A stretch of DNA of 64,000 bases. It comes from Dehalococcoidia bacterium. GTDB taxonomy: Bacteria > Chloroflexota > Dehalococcoidia > SM23-28-2. Every line of letters starts with the position of its first letter. Position 1 is the first letter of the stretch. The notes under the pieces were generated by a model. It saw only the letters and a list, made by a program, of their open reading frames with translations. It did no database searches and was not told the DNA's origin. The position numbers and the translations under genes were made by a program. Below are positions 18,761 to 27,882 of the stretch, one piece after another. Where the stretch lies: positions 2,040,443 through 2,104,442 of the forward strand of contig CP070630.1 of NCBI GenBank assembly GCA_020356025.1. The letters run 5' to 3'.

Positions 18761-20515
18761 CTACTTATCCGCAGGAGGGCTTGGATCGGGCGGACGGTCG
18801 TCAGCGCCAAGCGGCTCGTCTTCGCCTGTCGGCGGTGGGTCGACCGTCGCTGCTGAACTGCCGGCGACAGGTGATTGGCCCAAGCGGTCCAGCGGCATGG
18901 CGCCGGCCGTTGCCTCGGGAACGGCCCACGTCTTGGCCAACGGCACTTCCTTCAGGAAGACGGCCACTACGAGCGCGGCCAGCGTTATCCCCATGCCCAC
19001 GAGAAAAGCCTCTGCTATCGCCGTGCCGAGAGCCGTGCGGGTGCCCAGCATGATCTCATTGAACATGACTGGCCCATTCTCGCCCAGGCCTGCGAAGGCG
19101 TCCCGCAACTCTGCCAGCAGGTCGGCGTTGAGGAGGGACTGGGGATTCTGAAGGCGCTCTAGGAGGGCAGGAGGCGTTGCTTCCCGAACTTCAGGCGACG
19201 TCTCAGCCGTTAGCTCGGACGAAAAGCTGCTGTTAACCAGCGACCCCATGACGGCCACTCCCATGGTGCCACCCACCGAGCGGAAGAACTGGATGGCGGC
19301 GGTAGAGACGCCCAGCATTCGATAGGGCAGAGCATTCTGGACCACCAAGACAAAGATGGGCATCGTCGCTCCCAGGCCTATGCCCACCACGATCATGTTG
19401 CGGGTAGCGATTGCGTTGGTGGAGGTAACGTCCATGCCTGACATCAGGAACATGCCGACGGCCATCACCGCCAGCCCCACCAAGGCGATGATGCGATAGC
19501 GCCCCCAGCGACCCAGGATTTGCCCCATGATGGCAGCCGTGATGGCAAGGCTCAGCATCATGGGCATGATCACCAGGCCGGAGTTGGTGGCCGAGGAGCC
19601 AATGACTCCCTGGACGAACAGGGGAAGGTAGACGATGCCGCCGAACATGCCCATAGCGGTCAGGAAGGTGACGCCGGCGGACACCAGGAAGATGGGATGG
19701 CGGAAGAGAGCAGGGGGCAGAATGGGTTCCACGGTCCGCATCTCCACAACAGCGAAGGCCAGGCCAGCCAGGGTTGCGAAGGCCAGCAGGCCTATGATCT
19801 GGGCCGAGAGCCAGGGGTACTGCTCGTTGGCCCAAGAGAAGGCCAGCAGCAGAGGCACGACGGCCAGGATGAGCATCGCCGCGCCCCAGTAGTCCAGCTG
19901 GTGCCTCACTCCGGCGCGCACGGAAGGCATCACCGCGAAGAAGACGGCCAATGCCAGAGCGCCCATCGGTAGGTTCACATAGAACACCCAGCGCCAGTTG
20001 AGGTTGTCGGTGATGTAGCCGCCGATAAGGGGCCCCGCCACGCTAGCAGCGGCAAACACGCTGGTCATGAGACCGGCCCAGCGGGCCCGCTGGGCCGGCG
20101 GGAACACGTCGCCGATGATCGCAAAGGCGGTGGCCATAATCGTGCCCGCTCCCAGGCCCTGAATGGCCCGGAAGACGATGAGCTGGATCATGCTTTGGGA
20201 CGTGCCACAGAGAGCCGAGCCCAGCATCATGACCGCGATTCCCGCCAGGAAGAAGAATTTGCGGCCATACATGTCGGTGAGCTTGCCCACGATGGGCACG
20301 GCCGTGGTGGACACGACCATGAAGCTTGTGAACACCCAGCTGTAGTGTTCGTAGCCGCCCAGATGGGCCACCACTCTGGGCATGGCTGTGCCCACTATCG
20401 TCTGGTCCATGGCCGCAGTGAACAGGCCCAGCAGCGTGCCGGCCATCACCAGCACCTTGGTGCGGGTGCTCATCTGGGAGATGCTCTGCACTTGGGTCAT
20501 GCCTTGGCTCACCAT
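18761..20515 (-). CDS. MFS exporter, DHA2 (EmrB/QacA) family
   Basis: AMDQTIVGTAMP, GKLTDMYGRK, WRWVFYVNLP; ~14 TM segments. Confidence 0.9.
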   Translation of the reverse strand: MVSQGMTQVQSISQMSTRTKVLVMAGTLLGLFTAAMDQTIVGTAMPRVVAHLGGYEHYSWVFTSFMVVSTTAVPIVGKLTDMYGRKFFFLAGIAVMMLGSALCGTSQSMIQLIVFRAIQGLGAGTIMATAFAIIGDVFPPAQRARWAGLMTSVFAAASVAGPLIGGYITDNLNWRWVFYVNLPMGALALAVFFAVMPSVRAGVRHQLDYWGAAMLILAVVPLLLAFSWANEQYPWLSAQIIGLLAFATLAGLAFAVVEMRTVEPILPPALFRHPIFLVSAGVTFLTAMGMFGGIVYLPLFVQGVIGSSATNSGLVIMPMMLSLAITAAIMGQILGRWGRYRIIALVGLAVMAVGMFLMSGMDVTSTNAIATRNMIVVGIGLGATMPIFVLVVQNALPYRMLGVSTAAIQFFRSVGGTMGVAVMGSLVNSSFSSELTAETSPEVREATPPALLERLQNPQSLLNADLLAELRDAFAGLGENGPVMFNEIMLGTRTALGTAIAEAFLVGMGITLAALVVAVFLKEVPLAKTWAVPEATAGAMPLDRLGQSPVAGSSAATVDPPPTGEDEPLGADDRPPDPSPPADK

Positions 20516-20666
20516 TCTCCTGGGGCGATTGCTCCGGCCTCCACCGCATCCGCCGCCATCGAGAGGGCAGCACGTTCATCGTATCAGCCGCCGATGGCAG
20601 CCTCAACCGCTCGCCTGGCAGCAGCCATCGCCCTGCGATATGATCGCTCTACTCGGGAGGAAGAGC

Positions 20667-21842
20667 TTGCGCCCCAACGAGGACGAGTTCGCGTCGGCCA
20701 CCGAGAGCGAGGAGCTGAAGGCCGCCATCAGAGAGGGCATCGCGGCGGAGGGCCGCATTCCCTTTCGCCAGTTCATGGCTGTGGCACTCTACCATCCCCA
20801 GCACGGCTACTACTCCTCGCCACGCCAGCGGATGGGACGCCACGGCGACTACCTCACTAGCCCCGAAGTGCACCCCATCTTCGGCTCCCTGATGGCCAAG
20901 CAGCTCTGCCACATGTGGCAGGCGATGGGCGAGCCTCAGCCCTTCACCGTCGTGGAGATGGGGGCGGGCAGCGGCCTGCTGGCTCGCGACATCCTGGGCT
21001 GGGCAGGCAGGCGAGCGCCCGAGTTCTTCCAGGCGCTGGAGTATCGGCTTATCGAGGTGAATGATTGGCTGGTTGACGGTCAGCGGCGCCTCCTGCGCCA
21101 GGTCGATGCCTCCTTGGCTAAGGTCTCCTGGCTGCCCTCGCTGGAGTCCATCGCCGCTGAGAGCGTCAGCGGCTGCTTCCTCAGCAACGAGCTGATCGAC
21201 AGCTTTCCCGTCCACCGAGTGGTGGTTCGCGATGGCCGCCTGCATGAGCTGTACGTCGAGTGGCAGGAGGAGCGCTTTGTGGAGAGCCTTGGCCCTCCTT
21301 CCACGCCCTTGCTCGAGGACTACTTCCACCGCCTCGGCCTTCTGCCCGGCGAAGGCTGCTCGGCCGAGGTGAATCTGGAGGCCCTGGTGTGGATGAAAAC
21401 GGTGGCCGGCGCCCTCCGCCGCGGCTTCGTCCTCACCTTTGACTACGGCTACCCCGCCGCGGAGTTGTATGCCCCTTGGCGCAAGGACGGCACTCTCCTC
21501 TGCTTCTATCGCCACAACCCCAGCCCGGACCCCTACGCTCGCCTGGGCCGTCAGGACATGACCAGCCACGTCGACTTCACCAGCCTCGTTCAGGCAGGCC
21601 GGGAGCATGGCCTGGAGCCGCTGGGCCTCACCAGCCAGGGCCGCTTCCTGACCGCCTTGGGCATCGCTGCCGGCCTCGAGCGCCAGGCCGACAGCGGGCT
21701 CTCCCTCGAGGAGTACTATGCGCGGCGACGGGCGGTGACGGAGCTGATCGATCCCGCCGGCCTGGGCCGGATCAAGGTGCTCGTTCAGGCCAAGGGCGTC
21801 GGCCAGCCGAAGCTGTGGGGCCTGGAGGGAAGCGAGTCCTAG
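20667..21842 (+). CDS. SAM-dependent methyltransferase, MidA/NDUFAF7 family
   Basis: FMAVALYHPQHGYY, GDYLTSPE, VEMGAGSG, SNELIDSFP, DYGY, QDMTSHVDF; probable TTG start after GGAGG. Confidence 0.9.
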   Translation: MRPNEDEFASATESEELKAAIREGIAAEGRIPFRQFMAVALYHPQHGYYSSPRQRMGRHGDYLTSPEVHPIFGSLMAKQLCHMWQAMGEPQPFTVVEMGAGSGLLARDILGWAGRRAPEFFQALEYRLIEVNDWLVDGQRRLLRQVDASLAKVSWLPSLESIAAESVSGCFLSNELIDSFPVHRVVVRDGRLHELYVEWQEERFVESLGPPSTPLLEDYFHRLGLLPGEGCSAEVNLEALVWMKTVAGALRRGFVLTFDYGYPAAELYAPWRKDGTLLCFYRHNPSPDPYARLGRQDMTSHVDFTSLVQAGREHGLEPLGLTSQGRFLTALGIAAGLERQADSGLSLEEYYARRRAVTELIDPAGLGRIKVLVQAKGVGQPKLWGLEGSES

Positions 21843-21869
21843 TACTGGTCCGACAGCAGGTGCAGGTTG
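21813..21869 (+). repeat. Left copy of a 57-bp imperfect direct repeat (att-like)
   Basis: 51/57 identical to 23740-23796; contains the MidA stop and a remnant of the radical SAM 3' end. Confidence 0.9.
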
Positions 21870-21949
21870 TCTCCTTTGCTTTCGGTAACACTACTTCTGA
21901 GGCAACATTAACCGATTCGGTAAAATTCTCAGTGAGGAAGTTCGACTAC

Positions 21950-21978
21950 TTGACAAAATCAAACCGTGGTGATAGACT
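21950..21978 (+). promoter_or_regulatory. Sigma70-type promoter for the lipase gene
   Basis: TTGACA-N17-TAGACT with extended TG. Confidence 0.7.
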
Positions 21979-22167
21979 CACCGCCCAATATGTAAAACCT
22001 TAGAACGAGGCGTATCAACGAAACGGGTTCTACCTAGCCCGATTTCTTAGGCTGAAATCATAGCTGCTCTGCTAATCAACTCCAGGAAGGGCGGTGAGGC
22101 GTTATGCCTTGATCCGCGAGAGAATCTCTGTAGAGCGTGAATCCATTAGTTCAGTGGAGCTAGGAAG

Positions 22168-23640
22168 ATGAAGATTAAACTGTTTGGCACGATTGCTGCA
22201 TTCGTGGTTGTGCTGACCGGCGTACTCGTCGCCGGATCATCGGCACCCACGCCTGCCGCCGCCGACGGCGATCCGACCCTGCTACCCATAGTCTTCGTGC
22301 ACGGCGGATCGGGTTCGGCGGCCCAGTACGAGGTCCAGGCCCAGCGATGGGCAAGCAACAACTATCCCAACGTAGTAAGAGCGCTCGACCGCTTCTCCGA
22401 CGACATACAGCCAGTCGACGAGCAAATGGATGACTTCTTCGACGCGGTCATGGCCGAGACTGGCGACGATCAGATTTTCGTGCTTTCACATTCGTACGGT
22501 TCACTACTCATGAAGAACTGGCTGAACAGCTCGCCGGAGCGGAGCGCCAAGGTCGCCAAGTTTATCTCCATCGACTCATCGTCGGCTGGGGAGAATCCCG
22601 AATGCCCGGGGAACCCTGGTCCAGTGGACTGCATCGGCATATATCGTGAGGAAAATCCGAACTACATGGGCCCGATCACGTATCGCCTCCCGCTGCACGG
22701 TCACACCCAATGTGTGACCTCCGCCGAGTCGTTCGCCATCCAGTATGAGTACCTCACCGGCGAAGAGCCCGAGACAACGCTCGTCCTTCCGGAACCCCCG
22801 GGGCAGGTTGACATCGGCGGAAGGGTGATCTTGTTCCCGGCGAACACCGTTCCGGAGGAGGCCACGCTGGAGATCTGGGAGGTCCACGGCAATTCGGGCG
22901 TCAGGAAGGACACTGCCCCGATGGCCGTCATCGAGATCGGGGAGGATGGCAACTTTGGTCCCATCAACGTCAATGGGATGAAGCACTACGAGTTCTCCCT
23001 GTACCGCCCCGAGTCCGGCCTCACCGTCCACTACTACTTCCAGCCGTTCATACGGGACGACCTCCTGATCCGGCTGCTCGTGACACCGCCTGACTCCCCT
23101 ATCCTCATGTACACGCCGACGGGCCCGGACCACGCCGCTTTGGTCATCCTCAGGTACTTTGAATGGTGGAACGATCAGGCGACCGGCAACGACACCCTGT
23201 GGGTCACCACCACGAGTCCCGCCTGGGACGATGACCCGGTCAATCCGACCCCGCCGACGCTCAACATATTGAGCAACCCGGCGGTGGCTCCCAGAGCCGG
23301 TAGCAGGCTCGGTATACATGCACACGACATAGGCCCCTACCCCACCCCCTTCCCCTACCCCGACCCCCCCGACAAGGTTTCGACTCTCGGGCTGATAAGG
23401 TTGTTCGCCTATATGCCCTTCCAGACGGGTGTAGACATCTGGATGCCCACAACTGAACCACCGGATGGGACGATCACCTTTATGAACGAGCCGAGAGGGG
23501 ACACGACGAAGCCGCAGACCATCAACATCCCCAACTGGGCGTCTGAGGACCACCGCGTCTTGGTTATCTTCAACAGCTACTTCCAGGACATCAACAGCTT
23601 CCCGGAGTGCATCGCAGCCGACCCCAGCCCCTGCAAGTAG
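22168..23640 (+). CDS. Secreted lipase resembling Archaeoglobus fulgidus AFL (alpha/beta hydrolase plus C-terminal beta domain)
   Basis: Signal peptide; PIVFVHGGSGS, SHSYG elbow, NSSPERSAKV, HTQCVTS, HYY..PFIRDDL, IPNW - matches recalled AFL segments. Confidence 0.75.
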   Translation: MKIKLFGTIAAFVVVLTGVLVAGSSAPTPAAADGDPTLLPIVFVHGGSGSAAQYEVQAQRWASNNYPNVVRALDRFSDDIQPVDEQMDDFFDAVMAETGDDQIFVLSHSYGSLLMKNWLNSSPERSAKVAKFISIDSSSAGENPECPGNPGPVDCIGIYREENPNYMGPITYRLPLHGHTQCVTSAESFAIQYEYLTGEEPETTLVLPEPPGQVDIGGRVILFPANTVPEEATLEIWEVHGNSGVRKDTAPMAVIEIGEDGNFGPINVNGMKHYEFSLYRPESGLTVHYYFQPFIRDDLLIRLLVTPPDSPILMYTPTGPDHAALVILRYFEWWNDQATGNDTLWVTTTSPAWDDDPVNPTPPTLNILSNPAVAPRAGSRLGIHAHDIGPYPTPFPYPDPPDKVSTLGLIRLFAYMPFQTGVDIWMPTTEPPDGTITFMNEPRGDTTKPQTINIPNWASEDHRVLVIFNSYFQDINSFPECIAADPSPCK

Positions 23641-23700
23641 CACGGTCATGCTGGCGCCGGCTGTTCCGTAAGGACAACCCCGGCGCGTAGCACCCGGGGT

Positions 23701-23733
23701 GCAGAGAGCCCACCGGCAAGGTGGGCTCTCTGC
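23701..23733. terminator. Perfect 14-bp hairpin after the lipase gene
   Basis: GCAGAGAGCCCACC-ggcaa-GGTGGGCTCTCTGC, immediately inside the right repeat. Confidence 0.7.
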
Positions 23734-23739
23734 CAATCA

Positions 23740-23796
23740 CTATGGGGCCTGGAGGGAAACGAGCCCTAGTACAGGCCCGACAGCAAGTGCAGGTTG
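23740..23796 (+). repeat. Right copy of the 57-bp imperfect direct repeat
   Basis: Contains a remnant of the MidA end (LWGLEGNEP*) and the real radical SAM end. Confidence 0.9.
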
Positions 23797-24875
23797 CCGA
23801 TCTTGACGTTGGCCAGCCTCGCCGCCTTCGCTGCCTTGAGGCATTCGTCGGCGTGACGACGAGAGGTCGTTGGCAGGTTGCCCATGAAGAAGTGAGGGTA
23901 GAAGGCCAGAAGGCTGTAGGGGATGGTCGGGTCGAGGGAGGCGATGAAGCGGGCGATCTGACCCACCTCGTGCGCGTCGACGTAGCCGGGTACCAGGAGG
24001 GTGCTCGCGGTGAGGAAGGGCGGCTCCTGCCGCTGGCCGAAGAGCCCACCTAGCCAAGCGAAGTTCTCCAGCGTTCGCTTGTTGCTCACTCCGCACAGAG
24101 CGAGGTAAAGGTTCTCGTCCCAGGCCTTCAGGTCGAACTTGATGGTGCCGCCCGAGTCCATGGCCAGCGCGCTCGCCTGGCGCAGGAGGGAAGGCGACAT
24201 GCTGCCGTTGGTCTCCCAGCAGATGCGCAGAGGGCGAGCCCGCCGCTCGCGCAGGGCCCGGCGGGCGGTGGCGATAGCGTGGGGCATCTGAGGTGATGGG
24301 TCTCCCCCGAAGTAGCAGATACAGGCTGTGCTCTCGTCTACGCAGTCGGCCAACTCCTGCGCGCTCATTGTAGGTGCCAGGCGGTGAGCCAGGGTGCGGT
24401 AGTGCCAGTTCTGACAGAACAGGCAGTCGAAGCTGCAGGCTCCGTAGAACACCGCCAGGTTCTTGAAGCCGCGGCTCTCCTTCTCGGCGCAGACCCATTC
24501 GGCCACACAGTTCGTGGGCAGGGGATCGTAGTACCACTCCAGGATGCCGCTGGCGGCCGTCCCGCCCAGGTGCGTGAGCTTCCCGCCACGATTGCTGCGC
24601 AAGCCGCAGTAGCCCAGTTCGTCTTCGGGGATCTGGCACTCGTTGGCGCAGAAGGTGCAGGGCACACCGTCGGCCACCTGGGGCGGCTCGACAGGCAGGC
24701 CGAACTGTCTTCGGGCCTCGGCGTGCACGCCCTTCAGGTGAGGCATCACTCTATCCGGCTGCTGGCGGATGCAGTCCAGGCACGTCCCCAGATTGGCGGC
24801 GATCAGCAGCGAGCTCTTGCCGCAGCCCTGGCAGGTGCCCTCCTTCAAACGAGGCGCCGACAGGTAGCGGATCAT
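23766..24875 (-). CDS. Radical SAM protein, PflA/AmmeMemoRadiSam-like
   Basis: CSFDCLFC motif, N-terminal CxxC clusters, CYFGGDP, WETNG, DLKA. Confidence 0.85.
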   Translation of the reverse strand: MIRYLSAPRLKEGTCQGCGKSSLLIAANLGTCLDCIRQQPDRVMPHLKGVHAEARRQFGLPVEPPQVADGVPCTFCANECQIPEDELGYCGLRSNRGGKLTHLGGTAASGILEWYYDPLPTNCVAEWVCAEKESRGFKNLAVFYGACSFDCLFCQNWHYRTLAHRLAPTMSAQELADCVDESTACICYFGGDPSPQMPHAIATARRALRERRARPLRICWETNGSMSPSLLRQASALAMDSGGTIKFDLKAWDENLYLALCGVSNKRTLENFAWLGGLFGQRQEPPFLTASTLLVPGYVDAHEVGQIARFIASLDPTIPYSLLAFYPHFFMGNLPTTSRRHADECLKAAKAARLANVKIGNLHLLSGLY

Positions 24876-25109
24876 CGACCTCTCTCCAGCGCCTAGTGTA
24901 TCATGGCCAGCCCGATCGTCCCTCGCGTTCCATTATGGTAAACTTGAACGGCCATAGACTTGACGCAGCGCTTGCGGTCGCGCTAAAACCAGCATGGCAC
25001 CCGCAAAGACAGCGACCTTGCACTGAACCGACGGTGGTGCAGGTTGCGATGAGGCCAGGCGGGTTTGATATCGGCTCTTTCCGTTGAATGGGCTTCGCCA
25101 GGAGGTGTG

Positions 25110-26516
25110 ATGACAGGCATCAAATCTTACGGAGCCTATGTCCCCAAATATCGTCTGGGCAAGGAAACGGCGGGCTGGGGATTTCCCGCCGAGAAGGCAG
25201 TGGCCAACTTCGACGAGGACAGCATAACGATGGCGGTTGCTGCCGGAATGGACTGTCTCAGGGGGATAGATAGATCCCAGGTGGATGGCATCTTATATGC
25301 CACTACCACCTCGCCCTACGTCGAGAAGCAGGGGGCAGCCCTGATCGCCGCCGCCCTCGACCTGCGACGGGACATCACCAGCGCCGACGTCACCGATGTG
25401 CTTCGGGCGGGGACCACCGCCCTCAAGATGGCCATGGACGCTGTCCAGGCGGGCACGGCCAGCAATATACTGGTGATTGCCTCTGACTGTCGCATGGCGA
25501 CCCCCAAGGGCGGCTTGGACCGAGCGATGGGTGACGGAGCTGTTGCCCTGCTCATCGCCAAGGACGGCGTGGCCGCTGAGGTAGAGGCGGACTACCACAT
25601 CACCGACCACATGCTGGACGTGTGGCGCTCCAGCGACGAAAGCACCGTCAGGAGCTGGGAAGACCGCTTCGTCATCGAGGAAGGGATCCTGCGGGTCATT
25701 CCAGAGGCGGTATCGGCATTCATGGCCAAGAACAACCTGGCCCCAAAGGACTTCCAGAAGGCCGCTTACCACTCCAGTGACGCCCGCAGGCACGCCGCGT
25801 TGGCAAAGATGATGGGGTTCGAAGCCGCTCAGGTTCAGGACCCCCTCTACGACCAGATGGGGAATACCGGCGCTGCCTTCCCCCTGATGCTGCTGGTGGC
25901 AGCCTTGGAGGAGGCTAAGACCGGCGACAGGATCATGGTGGCGGGCTACGGTGATGGCTGCGATGTCTACTCGATCAAGGCCGGAGAGGGCATCGACAAG
26001 CTCCGGCAGGGGCATCGCGGCGTTAAGAAGCATGTGGAGGCGAAGCGAGTCCTAGAGACCTACGACGAGTACCTCCGCTGGCGGGGCCTGATGACTGTGG
26101 CTGGAGTGCGCCGGCCGACAGCCAGCGGCCCGTCCGCTTCCGCCCTTTGGCGCGAGACCGATCGGGTTATCCAGATGTACGGCTCCAAGTGCAGGAAATG
26201 CGGCTACGTGCAGTTCCCGCCCCAGCGCGTCTGCGTGGAGTGCCACGCCAAGGACGAGATGGACAACGTTCGCCTCTCCGACAAGCCAGCGACCGTGGCC
26301 ACCTACGCCATGGATTATCTGTCGGGAACTACCGATGTCCCTTTGGTGATAGCGGTGATAAACTTTAAGGGTGGCGGTCGCATGCTCTCCATGATGACCG
26401 ATCGGGAAACTGGTGAGCTAAGCGTGGGTATGCCGGTGGAGATGAGCTTCCGCAAGATACGCTCCGCAGGCGGGATTCACAACTACTACTGGAAGTCCAC
26501 ACCGGTGAGGGCATAA
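25110..26516 (+). CDS. HMG-CoA-synthase-like domain (catalytic Cys absent) fused to a DUF35 Zn-ribbon/OB-fold
   Basis: SYGAYVP, DEDSITMA, DVLRAGT at the ACKAGT position, GNTGAA; C-terminal CRKCG...CVEC plus OB-fold. Confidence 0.85.
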   Translation: MTGIKSYGAYVPKYRLGKETAGWGFPAEKAVANFDEDSITMAVAAGMDCLRGIDRSQVDGILYATTTSPYVEKQGAALIAAALDLRRDITSADVTDVLRAGTTALKMAMDAVQAGTASNILVIASDCRMATPKGGLDRAMGDGAVALLIAKDGVAAEVEADYHITDHMLDVWRSSDESTVRSWEDRFVIEEGILRVIPEAVSAFMAKNNLAPKDFQKAAYHSSDARRHAALAKMMGFEAAQVQDPLYDQMGNTGAAFPLMLLVAALEEAKTGDRIMVAGYGDGCDVYSIKAGEGIDKLRQGHRGVKKHVEAKRVLETYDEYLRWRGLMTVAGVRRPTASGPSASALWRETDRVIQMYGSKCRKCGYVQFPPQRVCVECHAKDEMDNVRLSDKPATVATYAMDYLSGTTDVPLVIAVINFKGGGRMLSMMTDRETGELSVGMPVEMSFRKIRSAGGIHNYYWKSTPVRA

Positions 26517-26533
26517 GCTCTAAGGGAACGACA

Positions 26534-27721
26534 ATGACAGAAGGTATTAAGGACAGGGTTGCCATAGTTGGAATGGGTTGCACCAAGTTCGGGGAGCGCT
26601 GGGATGTCAGCGGTCTCGACATGATGGTTGAGGCCTGCTACGAGGCCTATGAGGACGCCGGTCTGGAGCCCAAGGATATCCAGGCGGCCTGGCTTGGCAC
26701 CGTCGCCAGCTTCAACACCGGCCAACCAGCGGCCGAGGCCCTGAAGTTGGACTACATTCCCATTACGCGCGTCGAGAACGCCTGCGCCACCGCCACCGAC
26801 GCTTTCAGGAACGCCTGCTACGCCGTAGCCGCCGGCATCTACGACATTGTCCTGGCGGTGGGGGTGGAGAAGCTAAAGGACTCAGGATTCGCTGGCCTTG
26901 CCACTGGCGTACAGTCGGGCTCAGGCGTGGAGCCACCCAGTCCGCCGCCGGTTCAGTTCGCCCTGGCGGCCACGAGCTACTTCCACAAGTATGGCCTGTC
27001 CTACGATGAGGGCAAGCGTGTCCTGGGGCAGATAGCGGTGAAGAATCATCACAATGGCGCTCTCCACCCCAAGGCTCACCTGCGCCGAGAGATAACGCTG
27101 GAGCAGGTGTTGAAGGCTCCTATGATCGCTTGGCCCCTGGGCCTCTTCGATTGCTGCGGGGTCAGCGACGGTGCCTCTGCGGCCATCATCACCACGCCGG
27201 AGAACGCCCGCAAGATGCGGGACGACTATGTGCTGGTGAAGGGCCTGGGCGTCGCCGTGGGCGGTAGGCAGGGAATGCTCAGGGACGACTACGACTTCGT
27301 CCACTTCCCTGAGAACCTCGCTGCTGCCCGGCAGGCCTATGACGAGGCGGGTATCACGAACCCTCGCCAGGAGATAGACCTGGCCGTGGTTCACGACTGT
27401 TTTACCATCACTGAGCTGATCATCTACGAGGACATGGGCTTCAGCTCCAGGGGCAAGGCTAAGGAAGACGTGGAGTCGGGCGTCTTCACCCTGGAGGGTG
27501 ACCTGCCGGTCAATCCGGACGGTGGCCTCAAGTGCTTCGGTCACCCTATTGGCGCCAGCGGGCTGCGCATGATCTATGAGATCTACAAGCAGATACAGGG
27601 CAAGGCCCCCGGCCCGCCCGAGCGCCAGCTGAAGAAGGCGGACATCGGCCTGACCCACAACCTGGGTGGCCGACCAGGGTCGTTTACCTGCTCCGTCGCC
27701 ATTTTCGGTCGCAGGGATTAG
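26534..27721 (+). CDS. Thiolase, SCP2/archaeal type (acetyl-CoA acyltransferase)
   Basis: RVENACATA, KNHHNG, VHDCFT, GHPIGASG. Confidence 0.9.
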   Translation: MTEGIKDRVAIVGMGCTKFGERWDVSGLDMMVEACYEAYEDAGLEPKDIQAAWLGTVASFNTGQPAAEALKLDYIPITRVENACATATDAFRNACYAVAAGIYDIVLAVGVEKLKDSGFAGLATGVQSGSGVEPPSPPPVQFALAATSYFHKYGLSYDEGKRVLGQIAVKNHHNGALHPKAHLRREITLEQVLKAPMIAWPLGLFDCCGVSDGASAAIITTPENARKMRDDYVLVKGLGVAVGGRQGMLRDDYDFVHFPENLAAARQAYDEAGITNPRQEIDLAVVHDCFTITELIIYEDMGFSSRGKAKEDVESGVFTLEGDLPVNPDGGLKCFGHPIGASGLRMIYEIYKQIQGKAPGPPERQLKKADIGLTHNLGGRPGSFTCSVAIFGRRD

Positions 27722-27810
27722 GCCCATCGAGAAAGGAACGCGACGAGGGCTGCACAATCGGCACCCTCAACGAATAGGCACCGCAGACAGCGCGAATACT
27801 TCGCGGGAGA

Positions 27811-27838
27811 GCTGAGTCCTGCAGAGTTGGGGCTCAGC
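27811..27838 (+). terminator. Possible intrinsic terminator after the thiolase
   Basis: GCTGAGTCC / GGGGCTCAGC stem followed by CCTTTCCT. Confidence 0.3.
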
Positions 27839-27882
27839 CCTTTCCTGGATGCACAGGGCTAGAAGGGAGAAGAACACATCTC

